IMG/VR virus record: IMGVR_UViG_3300031994_000100
DNA from: an uncultured virus (IMG/VR IMGVR_UViG_3300031994_000100)
Taxonomy: Duplodnaviria > Heunggongvirae > Uroviricota > Caudoviricetes
Length of the DNA stretch: 64,000 nt
Strand: one strand, 5' to 3'
The notes beneath the pieces were generated by a model. It did not search any database and was not told the origin of the DNA. It saw nothing but the letters and a program-made list of their open reading frames with translations. Positions 38,716 through 48,399 of this stretch are shown piece by piece. Numbering within the stretch: position 1 is the stretch's first letter; each line of letters opens with the position of its first letter. Position numbers and translations under genes: made by a program.

Positions 38716-39758
38716 GCGAGTACCTCCTTCACTTCTTCGTCCGTGTTACACCGGCTGAGAATATAATCCAGATTGCGGATCAGCGCGCTGGTTCCTTTCG
38801 ACGCGGCAAGATGCGCGGCCGCCTCTACTGGAACGCCCCTGCGCATCTGCCGTTCGAACCCGCTCATGGAAGAGCCGTTGGGGATCCCATCGTCGCGCAT
38901 CATCCTGACCATCCGTTCGCCGATGGTACTGCGTGGCTTGTAGTGGACGTGATGCAGCAGTCCTTTCCAGATTTGCCGCTTTTCGAACATATTTTCAAGC
39001 TCACGGTACACGTGTTCGGACTTGAACAGGTAATCCAGCACCCGTGTGATGAGCTTTCGGTCCTGGTTCTTCAGGTTGAGCTTGTTCAGATCCTCGCTGC
39101 CATACTGGCTGTACTGAATGTACTCAACCAGCTTGATCACGTCCGTAATTGTGATGTAATTAGCAAACAGCATACTCTTCGTATCATAGAGAAGCCGGAT
39201 CGCCGTCTTTTTGCAGGGAATAGTCTTGGGAATAATCTCCTCGTGGAAGTCGTCCCATCCCTGCCGGACAATCGCATAATTGCTTTCGCTCAGCGGCCTG
39301 GAGCCCTTCAGCATGGACTGGATCTCCGCAACCATCGTGACGTTGGCGGTTTTCTCGTCCACAATGGTGAATATCTTCGGCTCAACGTTTTCTTCGAAGG
39401 CGATCCGCTCGAAGTTTTCCTCAAACAGGGAATGCTCGGGGGAGTCAAAATTGCCGAGTCCGTAGGTGCTGAAATAGTGCAGCAACTGATCATACAACAG
39501 CTGCTCCGGCGTAAGCTGCCGCACCGTATCCGGGAATCCGCGGTAAAAAGGCTCGGGAACGTATTCTCCGAGATACTCCGCGGCAACTGGAAGCATGCAC
39601 GGATGCGCCAGCTTATCGCTGTTGACAATCCGAATGCCGAATTTGCGAGCCAGCGTGAAGAGCGTGGCAAAGACCTCGTCCGGACCGATCACGCCTGCGT
39701 CATCCGGCTTCACCAGGACGTTCTTGCTGAAAAGATACTGCACGTAAAGCTTTTTCAT
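38703..39758 (-). CDS. alpha-helical protein, N-terminal partner of the TerD-like gene
   Basis: PFYRGFP, QLLHYFSTYG and LIRNLDYILSR; start ATG 39758 after GAGGAGG; 13-bp overlap with the next gene. Confidence 0.65.
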   Translation of the reverse strand: MKKLYVQYLFSKNVLVKPDDAGVIGPDEVFATLFTLARKFGIRIVNSDKLAHPCMLPVAAEYLGEYVPEPFYRGFPDTVRQLTPEQLLYDQLLHYFSTYGLGNFDSPEHSLFEENFERIAFEENVEPKIFTIVDEKTANVTMVAEIQSMLKGSRPLSESNYAIVRQGWDDFHEEIIPKTIPCKKTAIRLLYDTKSMLFANYITITDVIKLVEYIQYSQYGSEDLNKLNLKNQDRKLITRVLDYLFKSEHVYRELENMFEKRQIWKGLLHHVHYKPRSTIGERMVRMMRDDGIPNGSSMSGFERQMRRGVPVEAAAHLAASKGTSALIRNLDYILSRCNTDEEVKEVLACLK

Positions 39759-39778
39759 TTTTCTTTCCTCCTCATTAA

Positions 39779-40131
39779 TTCGATAGTGCGGGGCTTGTTT
39801 CAATTGCCGTGAAGAAGTAAGCCCCGTTAGCTGAAAAAAGAAGAACGGCGAAGATAGTTCCGAACTGTTTATCTGCTATAAAAGAAGTAAGCCCGGATAG
39901 CTTTCGCCTTGGGGAGACCGCGGAGATAGATCAGAACTGTCATGTTCATTTTTCATATATTTGTAGTAAGTTCTGATAGCTTCCGCGGAAGTAATGTGAG
40001 GGAGGATAGTTCTAAACTGCTTATCCAAAATAAAAGAAGTAAGCCTGGATAGCTCTCCCTCCGGGTGTGGCCGAAAGCGCGCCGCTGCCTTTTATCAATG
40101 TTTAAGAGAAGTAAGCGGCGTTAGCTGGCCA
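39779..40131 (-). ncRNA. tandem array of five structured hairpin RNAs
   Basis: Units 39779-39835, 39847-39908, 39918-39988, 39998-40061 and 40068-40131 share AGCTAW..TTACT(T/A)C..CA(A)G..CTWTC with different but paired stems. Confidence 0.8.
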
Positions 40132-40150
40132 AAGCAAAATATAATTCAGT

Positions 40151-40303
40151 TATGCGGGTGAGGATTTGCACCTCACATAAAGAGCATTTCAACGGCCAAC
40201 TAGAGACAACAGGTGGCAACGTGCCGTAGCTCTTCTTAGAAGATAAGACGTATGTCATATCAACCGGCATAGTGTAAGCGTCTACCTGTTCCGCCACCGC
40301 ATA
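40151..40303 (-). ncRNA. tRNA-like RNA 2 with about 95-nt central insertion
   Basis: Acceptor TATGCGG/CCGCATA; D-arm GCGGAACAGGTAGACGC; T-arm identical to RNA 1. Confidence 0.7.
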
Positions 40304-40312
40304 ATGTCTTAT

Positions 40313-40359
40313 TTTAAATCGTTTTAATTGCTTGAACTATGAAATCGACAACTTCTTTT
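40313..40359 (-). repeat. 47-bp orphan copy of the 3' end of gene 27449..27823
   Basis: Matches 27448-27494 with one mismatch. Confidence 0.85.
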
Positions 40360-40360
40360 C

Positions 40361-40798
40361 TTAGGGTTCAAACCAGGGATAGATACTGATCGTCTCTTCG
40401 TCCTTTGTTTCGCGCACCTCAATGCTTACCTTGTTCCTGGCCGCGATGCTGGCAATCTCTTCGAGCGTGTAATAGTCGTCATCCACCGCGTGATCCTGAT
40501 CGGCTTTTTTCTCGTTCTTTACCTCTACCTTATCAGGCTTGTCGAGTTCCTTTCTGATCATCTCGATGTCGCCCGGAATAAAAGCCCCTCCGCAGAGAAG
40601 GCGCCCGTCCGTATTGGTTCGAATAGAATAAGCATCGCCGGCATACATGTCGAGCAGCGTATCCCATGAACTACGAAGCTCGTCGAACGACTTAAAGATG
40701 TAGCAAAACTTCAGATCTGTATACCCTTCATAATATCTAGGATCCGTGTTATACTTGTCGTTGTAAAACCTCAACACCAGTTCCGTATTCCATGCCAT
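40361..40798 (-). CDS. hypothetical protein
   Basis: AAGGAGG RBS. Confidence 0.6.
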   Translation of the reverse strand: MAWNTELVLRFYNDKYNTDPRYYEGYTDLKFCYIFKSFDELRSSWDTLLDMYAGDAYSIRTNTDGRLLCGGAFIPGDIEMIRKELDKPDKVEVKNEKKADQDHAVDDDYYTLEEIASIAARNKVSIEVRETKDEETISIYPWFEP

Positions 40799-40908
40799 TT
40801 CAAAAATCCTCCTTTTAATTTCAGAAAAAGAAAAGAGAGGCTGTCTTATTCCTCTCCATTACAAGATGTGTAAATTTCGCGAATTCGAAAAGAAAAGGGG
40901 AGCCCCGC

Positions 40909-41253
40909 TTATTCAGCGGGAACTCCTTCCTCGTCGGGCTTACTTTCCTCTTTGCCGATGATCTGATCTGCGATGAACTGGACAGCTCCGTCGATTCCGC
41001 CGGCCTCCTCGAATACTTTCGAGTCGACGAACTTGCGCTCGAGCATCGTGTAGACAACGCCGTCGACCACCTCTCCTTCGGCAAATCCCTTGAGCCCGAA
41101 GATGTAATATTCATTACCTCTCCAGGAATCAAGTTCAATGCTTACGGAAAGGTGCTCGTCGCCGTCTTCATAGACGCTGACCACCTGTTCACCATGCTCT
41201 GCATTCTTGAGAGCCTCGGCGAAATCCCGAACCATCTGTTCCTTCTTGTTCAT
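40909..41253 (-). CDS. acidic hypothetical cassette gene
   Basis: Follows motif copy 41292-41316. Confidence 0.6.
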   Translation of the reverse strand: MNKKEQMVRDFAEALKNAEHGEQVVSVYEDGDEHLSVSIELDSWRGNEYYIFGLKGFAEGEVVDGVVYTMLERKFVDSKVFEEAGGIDGAVQFIADQIIGKEESKPDEEGVPAE

Positions 41254-41345
41254 GGGTCATTCCTCCTTAAAAGAGTTTTTATTTAGTATCCCATAACAAG
41301 ATGTGTAATTTTCGCGAATCTGAAAGAAAAAGGGAAGATCGGCTG

Positions 41346-41603
41346 TTAAGCCGTCTTCTCCTCTTTCATCCACACAGGATGAATCGCTGTGTTGGCAATG
41401 ATCTTCATCATGTCGCTGTCAGTAATCATCTCGTCCGTACCGCCTCCATTGTTCGTAATCCTAACGCCCGCAGTTGGCAGACCCATCGACTTCAGCCGCG
41501 CCCATTCTCCAATATGGAAAACTTTACGCATCGCCGTATCAGAGTAGTCTGTCCCGTAGATAATGGCCATCAGGAACGGATCATTGTCGCAGAAAACGCC
41601 CAT
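41346..41603 (-). CDS. hypothetical cassette gene
   Basis: Follows motif copy 41636-41660. Confidence 0.55.
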   Translation of the reverse strand: MGVFCDNDPFLMAIIYGTDYSDTAMRKVFHIGEWARLKSMGLPTAGVRITNNGGGTDEMITDSDMMKIIANTAIHPVWMKEEKTA

Positions 41604-41654
41604 TCTGATTCCTCCTTCATAATAAAGTTATTACCCATTATGAAGGTAGGTAAT

Positions 41655-42074
41655 TCAGCGAATCTTCTTCAGTTCTTTAATGTTGAGCCAGAATTCGGAA
41701 AAGTCGCCGGCGATCGTGCAGCTTTCCTCCGGGTCGAGGAGAATATAATAGCCGAACTTTTCTTGGTTCTGCGTCACAAGCTCCTCCAGCACCATAGCGG
41801 AAACCAGCGAGTAGGATCGGAAATATTCGTCCTCGTTGTCAGCGTCGGGTTTGCTGTATACCCAATCCGGATGCAGAAGCGTCCATGCGGAGTTAAAACG
41901 GTCAACCAGTCCACTGTTCATGCGTTTGCAGTATAGGTTATAGAGGATCAAAGCACGGGCAAAGAGTTTCTTTTCCTCCTCAGGAGTAATTGGAGTGCTA
42001 CTTATGTTCTTGATCGATCCGTGCATAGGCCTTTCGTAAAGATCTTCCATATACACAAACTCTTCCACGAACAT
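41655..42074 (-). CDS. hypothetical protein
   Basis: AAGGAGG RBS (short spacing). Confidence 0.55.
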   Translation of the reverse strand: MFVEEFVYMEDLYERPMHGSIKNISSTPITPEEEKKLFARALILYNLYCKRMNSGLVDRFNSAWTLLHPDWVYSKPDADNEDEYFRSYSLVSAMVLEELVTQNQEKFGYYILLDPEESCTIAGDFSEFWLNIKELKKIR

Positions 42075-42855
42075 CCCTCCTTTTTATCGAATCCACATTT
42101 CCTCTTTCCGTCCGTAATCGGGGCTGCTTTCGTCCATGATTGTATAGGCGGAGAAATGGAAATATCCCTTGTTCTTCAACGCCTTGATCTCCTCGTCTGA
42201 CGGCTCGATCACAAAGGCATAGTCATTCATCATCACCGGACTCGTCAGATACCGGATCATAGAAATCCTCCTTCTCCGCAGGGTGCTTATCCCGGAATTT
42301 ATGCTTTCGGTTTTCTTCACACCAGGGACATCCGCCGTGGTTCCGGCAGGACATGAAAAATCGTTTGGAGCCTCCGTATGCCTTGCGCTTTTCCTTCCCG
42401 TATTTAATGGCCTTGTCGAGAGACACGAACATCACCTCTTGTTTTGCTTGAGCGTTCTTTATACATTGTAGGTTTCCTGCTGTCGTCATTGGCAGGGTAG
42501 GTGAGACAGTCGTTGCAAGGATCTTCTGTCTCCTTAACCTCATAGTGCTCGCAGGTAGGACAATATTTTTGATAGTCAACAAGATGCTGCATGTTTATTC
42601 ACCTCGGTATTCTCTTTTTTGGTAAACGCCGTTTCCGGGTTAGATACGATGTTTTTTGAACACGAATCTCAGCTTTTTGCGCGTAGACGATAGCTATTTC
42701 TCGTAAATAATTAATAACAGATTCTTTGTCGAGACCGCATTTTTTTATTCCGGCTATGATACTGCAATATGACGCTTTTGTTTGTTCTCGAATTTCTTTT
42801 AGCAATTCATATTCTTGCGGTGTTAATTTACGCGCCATAGCGTCATCTTTATCGC

Positions 42856-43095
42856 TCATTCTACTTCTCTCTTTTCCAACCATTCGTTGACCTCGGACAT
42901 CCAATCGGGATGTAAGCGGCCAAGCTCTTCTGCTTTGGCTTCCTCGGCATCGCACCACTTTTTAAAGGCTTCTGCTTTTTTGCGGTATCTGGCTTTTTTG
43001 TACTGCTTCCGCTTGCGCGGGTTATGCTTGTCCGTCTGGCGAGTAAGTCTGTCTAACCACTTGCTCATGCTTTTCGATCTTCTTTCAGTGTGCAA
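42856..43095 (-). CDS. basic hypothetical protein
   Basis: Likely start at MSKWLDR. Confidence 0.5.
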   Translation of the reverse strand: MHTERRSKSMSKWLDRLTRQTDKHNPRKRKQYKKARYRKKAEAFKKWCDAEEAKAEELGRLHPDWMSEVNEWLEKREVE

Positions 43096-43242
43096 CAGTG
43101 TTATTTAAGTCACGACCACGGTCTATTTCCAATAACCGCTTGTGCTTCCTCATAGCACAGCTTTCGGAACCACTTCCATTTGCTGAAAATCCGGTCGATC
43201 ATTCTATGACGAATGATAAATCTAAGAATACCGCGAATGAAT

Positions 43243-43728
43243 TTATGCATCGTTTACACCTCGGTGCTTATTTGATTCACATTCTTCGCAAACGAACAAC
43301 CGCTTGCCATTAAGTTTCTTCCCGCATACTACACAATTTCCGTTAGCAACGACTTCTGCTGTATCTTCCGGCTTTTCCGGCAACGGCATCCAATGAGTAG
43401 GTTCGTGAATGGCCCCGATAGCACCATATACGTTACCGTCCGTTCCAGCCCAGAATCCTTCTCCGAATGAAGTGTAGTATGCCAGTCCAACATACCCGAT
43501 GTATTCTTCGTTTTCGTCACTATACGGCGGAACATATACGAGGACCGGAGGAAATTGTTTGTCCGGCAATCTTTCCTTGACGCTGATCCATCTGTTTACA
43601 GATAACTCTCCTGCGTTAAATCCATTCGCAAACATCCAATCGCCGAAGCCTTTTATTTGTGGGTCATCCATGAACTTAATAAAGTCAGCGCCACCGACTT
43701 TGTAATGGTCTGGATTGGTATCTTTCAT
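43243..43728 (-). CDS. DUF551-like protein
   Basis: WISVKERLP..PTHWMPLPEKP. Confidence 0.75.
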   Translation of the reverse strand: MKDTNPDHYKVGGADFIKFMDDPQIKGFGDWMFANGFNAGELSVNRWISVKERLPDKQFPPVLVYVPPYSDENEEYIGYVGLAYYTSFGEGFWAGTDGNVYGAIGAIHEPTHWMPLPEKPEDTAEVVANGNCVVCGKKLNGKRLFVCEECESNKHRGVNDA

Positions 43729-43830
43729 GATATAAAACTCCTATTTAAGTTATAAGGCGTTCTCCAACTATTACGCCAGCGACTGTAGTTATAAAACCGA
43801 TCGCTACAATGCATAAACCGATTAGTATGC

Positions 43831-44190
43831 TCACTTTGCATCCCCCTTCGTTTTAATTAAGCGCCGACTCTGAAGGGATATGCGAATACTATCACCTTCG
43901 GCAACGATTTCTTCGCCAGAAACACGAATAATAATGTCGTTTAAAAACGCATCTCTGCGTCTAAGCGCTTCATCATTAGGGTGAATCATATTCTTCACAA
44001 AAGCGGCCGTCTCGTTTTGATCTAAAACCGGCTTTTCTTCTTTCAACGGGCATTCTTTTGGCCGAGCATCGTAATTATACAATTCTTTGTTTGCTGCACA
44101 TGGGCATGCAAGTCCGACCACGTCGGAGAGGCCAATAATGTCACATTCGTGGCAATTGTTTGGCATTGATACATCTGGCAGGCAAACCAT
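43831..44190 (-). CDS. hypothetical protein (MPxxCxxC..RPxxCPL type)
   Basis: GGAGG RBS. Confidence 0.55.
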   Translation of the reverse strand: MVCLPDVSMPNNCHECDIIGLSDVVGLACPCAANKELYNYDARPKECPLKEEKPVLDQNETAAFVKNMIHPNDEALRRRDAFLNDIIIRVSGEEIVAEGDSIRISLQSRRLIKTKGDAK

Positions 44191-44969
44191 GGTTAGACCT
44201 CCATTCTTAACGCTTTCTCAAGGTATTATTTAAGTTATGTTTGTTACGATGCCTAAAGCAACAAGCAATGCTGATTTCCAACCGCGGATATATTCTTCGT
44301 CTTCATTTATAGCTTTATCTGCAGCTGCAATATACTCCTCGATTTCCTTAATGGCTTCGTCTCTAGTCATGTATTAAACTCCTCCACCTTTTTTACTCAT
44401 GGTTCTCTGTCTTTCACCACATCTGTCAGAACTTCAAGCAACTCTGCAATGGTGTGGTTCCGGAGAAAACTGTCGATTTCATCATACAGTTCTTCTTTTG
44501 CATATCCGGTTGATCCGTCCTCGCCATATCTTCTCATTGCGCTGTCTCCCTTCCGCATCGTAGTTAATGTGTTATTTTCCAGTTTTTTTCAAAGCCTTTT
44601 CGTGTGTCATAAGGGATCGCAATCGCATCCATGTCCCTTCTTGAAATGCAAATACGACCTTTGCTGTCGTAAAGCATCCATAAATCGTAACTTTCTCCTT
44701 GCCGGAACCCACATGAACCGTTTTTACCGAGAAAGACAGCTCTAATTTCAACAATCTTAGGCTTTGCCATACGATGCACCTCCTTGCTGCCTTTCCGTGT
44801 TATCTAAGCGACAATCATTTCATCGGAATCTGGATGTTCAACAGTACAGTTCAGCGTTTCGAAATCTGTAGTAAACACTGTTATTTCAGCGTGTTCGATT
44901 CTTGAATTGTCTGGGATTTTCTTGTCGATTTCTTCTAACAATTCGTTTTTACTCATTGTGTTTACGCTC

Positions 44970-46729
44970 CTATTTAATTTTTCCATCTTTGCAGAAAAAT
45001 GTTGGTTCCTTCGGCCGCATTGAATTATTGCACCACGATGTTTCCGACGAATACCATTTGCAATTCTTGCACCGAACAATTGCTTCTGGCGCGTCCTCGA
45101 TCAGTTTCCTCGCGCCGCCCGGAGGCCCCTGATGAGCCTTGTCATACGCTTCAAGTAATGCGGATCGGCTAATTAAATCACCGCCATTCCTCATCGGCGC
45201 AGAATCTTCGGGCTTTTTGTTTGTGTACGAGTTGTACACGGCATCTTCTAAAGCCCATTCATAATTTTCTGGCACATCTTCATTTTCAAACCAATGTCTT
45301 TCTGTCAAGCCCATTTCACTTCACTGCCTTATGTTGCGGGCATCAAAATGCTCTGCATGGGATAATGATTTGCGTAATCCAACAAGCGAAGTCTTTCTTT
45401 TAAGTCTTCAATTGTTTGCGCCTGCTCTTTCAGTAGGGCAAGAGCGTCCGAGCAAAGCTCGTCGTTGCAACTTTGTTCGTCCGGCAGGTTATGATACGGA
45501 CAATCCTCACATTTCGATGGAGGGAAGTAGCATATCTCAAGCCCTTTGATAACCTTTTCCTTGTCCATTCACTTCACCGCCATTCCTGCGTTGGTTTTGC
45601 AACGCAAATCCTCGCTTCTATTTCAGTAACATCTTCTATTGGCGCATACTTATTCTCGCTACTAAAAAATTCCACAAATCCTTCGGCAACGAGTTTTCTT
45701 GCTATCCTGTTCGCCATATCTGCTTTCACAAATTCGATTTTACGAACGAGATAATGTGGAACAGTGTTTCTTATCGCAAGCGTTTCGAAATCTCTGTGAA
45801 TATTTGTAACAGGAACGGGAAATTTTAGTGCTTGTTCTGCTATGATTCGTCTTTTGATTTCTCTATACAAACGATTTTGATTGCGCTTGTATGATTTTTT
45901 GCTCATCTCAACTTCACCGCCTGTCTTTCGTTTCCGGATTCATAAACCAGTTAATATAACTATCTTCGCATTCCGGGCATATATATAGATCATCTCGCGC
46001 AGACCATTCAGCATGCTTTTTCCAGGGTAAAAGTCTTATACTTGCATATAGCGTCCTATGTGTAATCCATCCATATTCTTCCGTTATCTCTTTACCGCAC
46101 CTGTCGCAAAACGTTTTAGTCATTCCTACTCCACCGCCTTTCTTCGCATTACTTCTATTCTTTTCTAAATACGTATTTATATGTTTCCCACAATTTGCAA
46201 AACACTTTACGTAAGCACGCTACGAAAAATATCAAAACATAGCCCGGTAAAAGTAATAACGACATTGCAACAATAACTATAGTTAATCCAGCAGAATTAA
46301 GTCGGTCTTCATTGTTTTCATAGAACACAGTCGTATACCAAAATGCTGTTTTAAGTGACAGTTCGTCATCGTCGCCTAATGCAAACATCATTTGTAAAAA
46401 ACCGCCTATAAAACCACCCATTAAAATCCAAAAAGCTAAGATCCCTGTTTGTAAATCATTCATTTACGCTTTACCGCCCTTCCGCATTCACCACAAAACT
46501 TGCTTATGTAACTGCGTCCGTAGCCGTCATCGTATCCTATAATATTTTTGCACCTCCCGCACAGTAGAATTCCATGATCATTTATACATTCAACCGCTTC
46601 CGGCTCTTTCAACTGGTCGAGAGCATCCTGAGCTATTTGTTTAACCAATTCTGTATCAGAATAACCGTCGAGAATATTGTCGTTACAGTAATTGATTAAT
46701 TTTTCAAGTCGTTCGGCGATTCGTGTCAT
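44970..46729 (-). other. block of short AT-rich Cys-containing phage ORFs (44970-45314, 45329-45568, 45574-45906, 45914-46123, 46155-46463, 46460-46729)
   Basis: Tightly coupled ORFs with CxxC motifs; several starts preceded by (G)GCGGTGAAG/GCGGTAAAG-like sequence. Confidence 0.55.
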
Positions 46730-47147
46730 GTGATTTATCCTCCTTGATCACATTAAAGTGAACACGGTCTTTTTTAATCAGCTCTTCAACCGGCGTGTCC
46801 AAACGGAACACAAGCCCGTCTCCGTCATCCACCCCGGCGACGAGATCCCCGTCGATTACATTATCGCTGTTCAGATAAAAATATAACTCCACAGCGGCGG
46901 CCATCAGCATTACGCCCGTCAGGATAATGATAATTCCGCGTCCGTACACGGCGAAAAATTCAACATATCCGGACAAAACAGCGGCAGCAAGACAAAGTAA
47001 AAGAGACACAATAATTACCGACATGAAAATTCGTCTGTGCCCAAGCATACCGTTAATCTCCTCCTTAAAAAAATGAAAAGGACAGTATTAAGTCCTTTCA
47101 TTAAATGACGTGTAAATTTCGCGAAAAAAAAATAAGGGCAGTCGTTT

Positions 47148-47489
47148 TCACGACCGACCCTCTTTGGAAATTTCTTTACGGACGCGCTTTAGCCACATGT
47201 ACGTACTGCTTATAGAGTACGGTACACTGTACACCCAGGTCAGCCACGATACTGCCGTCCATTTGACTATTTCGAGCCAATGCGTCGAATCTTTTGTCTC
47301 GTCGGGCTCTATCTCCTGAACCACTTGGTTCTGGCGTTCGAGCCGTCCAGTTCCGACAACAATTCCGACGTACATTCCGCTGATAAAGTCAACAGCGGAC
47401 GCCAGTAACACGGCCAAGCCGCCAACAGTAAAGTACCACTCGATAAACTTCAGTAGCATGCTTATCAGTCCTCCTTCCATTATTCCCAT
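47148..47489 (-). CDS. membrane cassette gene
   Basis: Lies between motif copies 47487-47511 and 47099-47123; likely start at MLLKFIEW. Confidence 0.55.
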   Translation of the reverse strand: MGIMEGGLISMLLKFIEWYFTVGGLAVLLASAVDFISGMYVGIVVGTGRLERQNQVVQEIEPDETKDSTHWLEIVKWTAVSWLTWVYSVPYSISSTYMWLKRVRKEISKEGRS

Positions 47490-47516
47490 TAAAGGAGCTG
47501 ATTTTTACGCGAAAAA

Positions 47517-48023
47517 TCACTCTTGCGCTTTCTTTGCGTAATAGGCGTAATTAGGCAAAGGCTGATATATCATTTGGAAACCAGGGTATCTTTCCTTAAA
47601 CAATTCCGGCGTAAGGTCTTCCTGGATGTGTATTTCGTTTCGATTCCCATATGCCGCCCCTTGCCGATAAAGAAAAGGAACAGCTACAATAAGCTCCTTG
47701 CATCTCGGACTGGCATACTCTAGCACCTTTTGAGCATCCTCAACCGTCATGTGCTCGATGACGTCACCGAATATGATAACATCATACCAGTCGTATTTAA
47801 AGTCAAGGATATCAGCGCACCATGTGTTGCGATATCTTGCGCATAGACGGTAGCGATCGATGTTCGGCTGGTAAATCTCAACAGCATTCATCTTCAGCCA
47901 ATCATGAAGATGGTCGTACCATATACCGTCGCACGCACCAACGTCGAGACAGGTAGAACCCTTCGGCACCTTTGCCTGAATCCACCCGGTTACAAATTCT
48001 TTTCCTTCACGAAAACTTCCCAT
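47517..48023 (-). CDS. class I SAM-dependent methyltransferase
   Basis: CLDVGACDG and YDVIIFGDVIEH. Confidence 0.85.
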   Translation of the reverse strand: MGSFREGKEFVTGWIQAKVPKGSTCLDVGACDGIWYDHLHDWLKMNAVEIYQPNIDRYRLCARYRNTWCADILDFKYDWYDVIIFGDVIEHMTVEDAQKVLEYASPRCKELIVAVPFLYRQGAAYGNRNEIHIQEDLTPELFKERYPGFQMIYQPLPNYAYYAKKAQE

Positions 48024-48126
48024 ATTTCCTCCTCAAAAATATAAAACGCACCTCTTGTGCCATCGTTCGTTGCCGTACTATAATAAACAAGCGTCGCCCT
48101 TATTTGATCAAATTGGAGGTGTTTTT

Positions 48127-48396
48127 ATGCGGATCATCGATTGCCAAAAATATAATAAATCGATCGCCGAAGAAAGTGCACCTTCTACAAAAAGTCACGT
48201 AGCGCTTTATTTGACGGTCAACGAACAAAGACAATTGCGAATCCACGAAGTGTTACAAACCTGTCTCGGGTCTGCAAAACCTTTATTCTCCAGTTCGAAT
48301 CTGGATGGCACCTCCAAAGTTATTGAGATTACTGCGTTTCAGCTTGGTCGGCGGGACGCAGTTTTCTCTTTTTTGGCGTTCAGACCTTTACCCTAA
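48127..48396 (+). CDS. small plus-strand protein convergent with the integrase
   Basis: GGAGG RBS and TATAAT at 48079-48084; the only plausible plus-strand gene found. Confidence 0.45.
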   Translation: MRIIDCQKYNKSIAEESAPSTKSHVALYLTVNEQRQLRIHEVLQTCLGSAKPLFSSSNLDGTSKVIEITAFQLGRRDAVFSFLAFRPLP

Positions 48397-48399
48397 AAC

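Noticed and set aside
39779..40131. CRISPR or TIGR array
   Set aside because: No identical direct repeats; unit lengths vary; the variable segments pair with each other; no cas or Nop-domain gene recognised.
28240..40303. Canonical decoding tRNA genes
   Set aside because: None of the three elements has a standard 5-bp stem with a 7-nt anticodon loop, so they are reported as ncRNA mimics.
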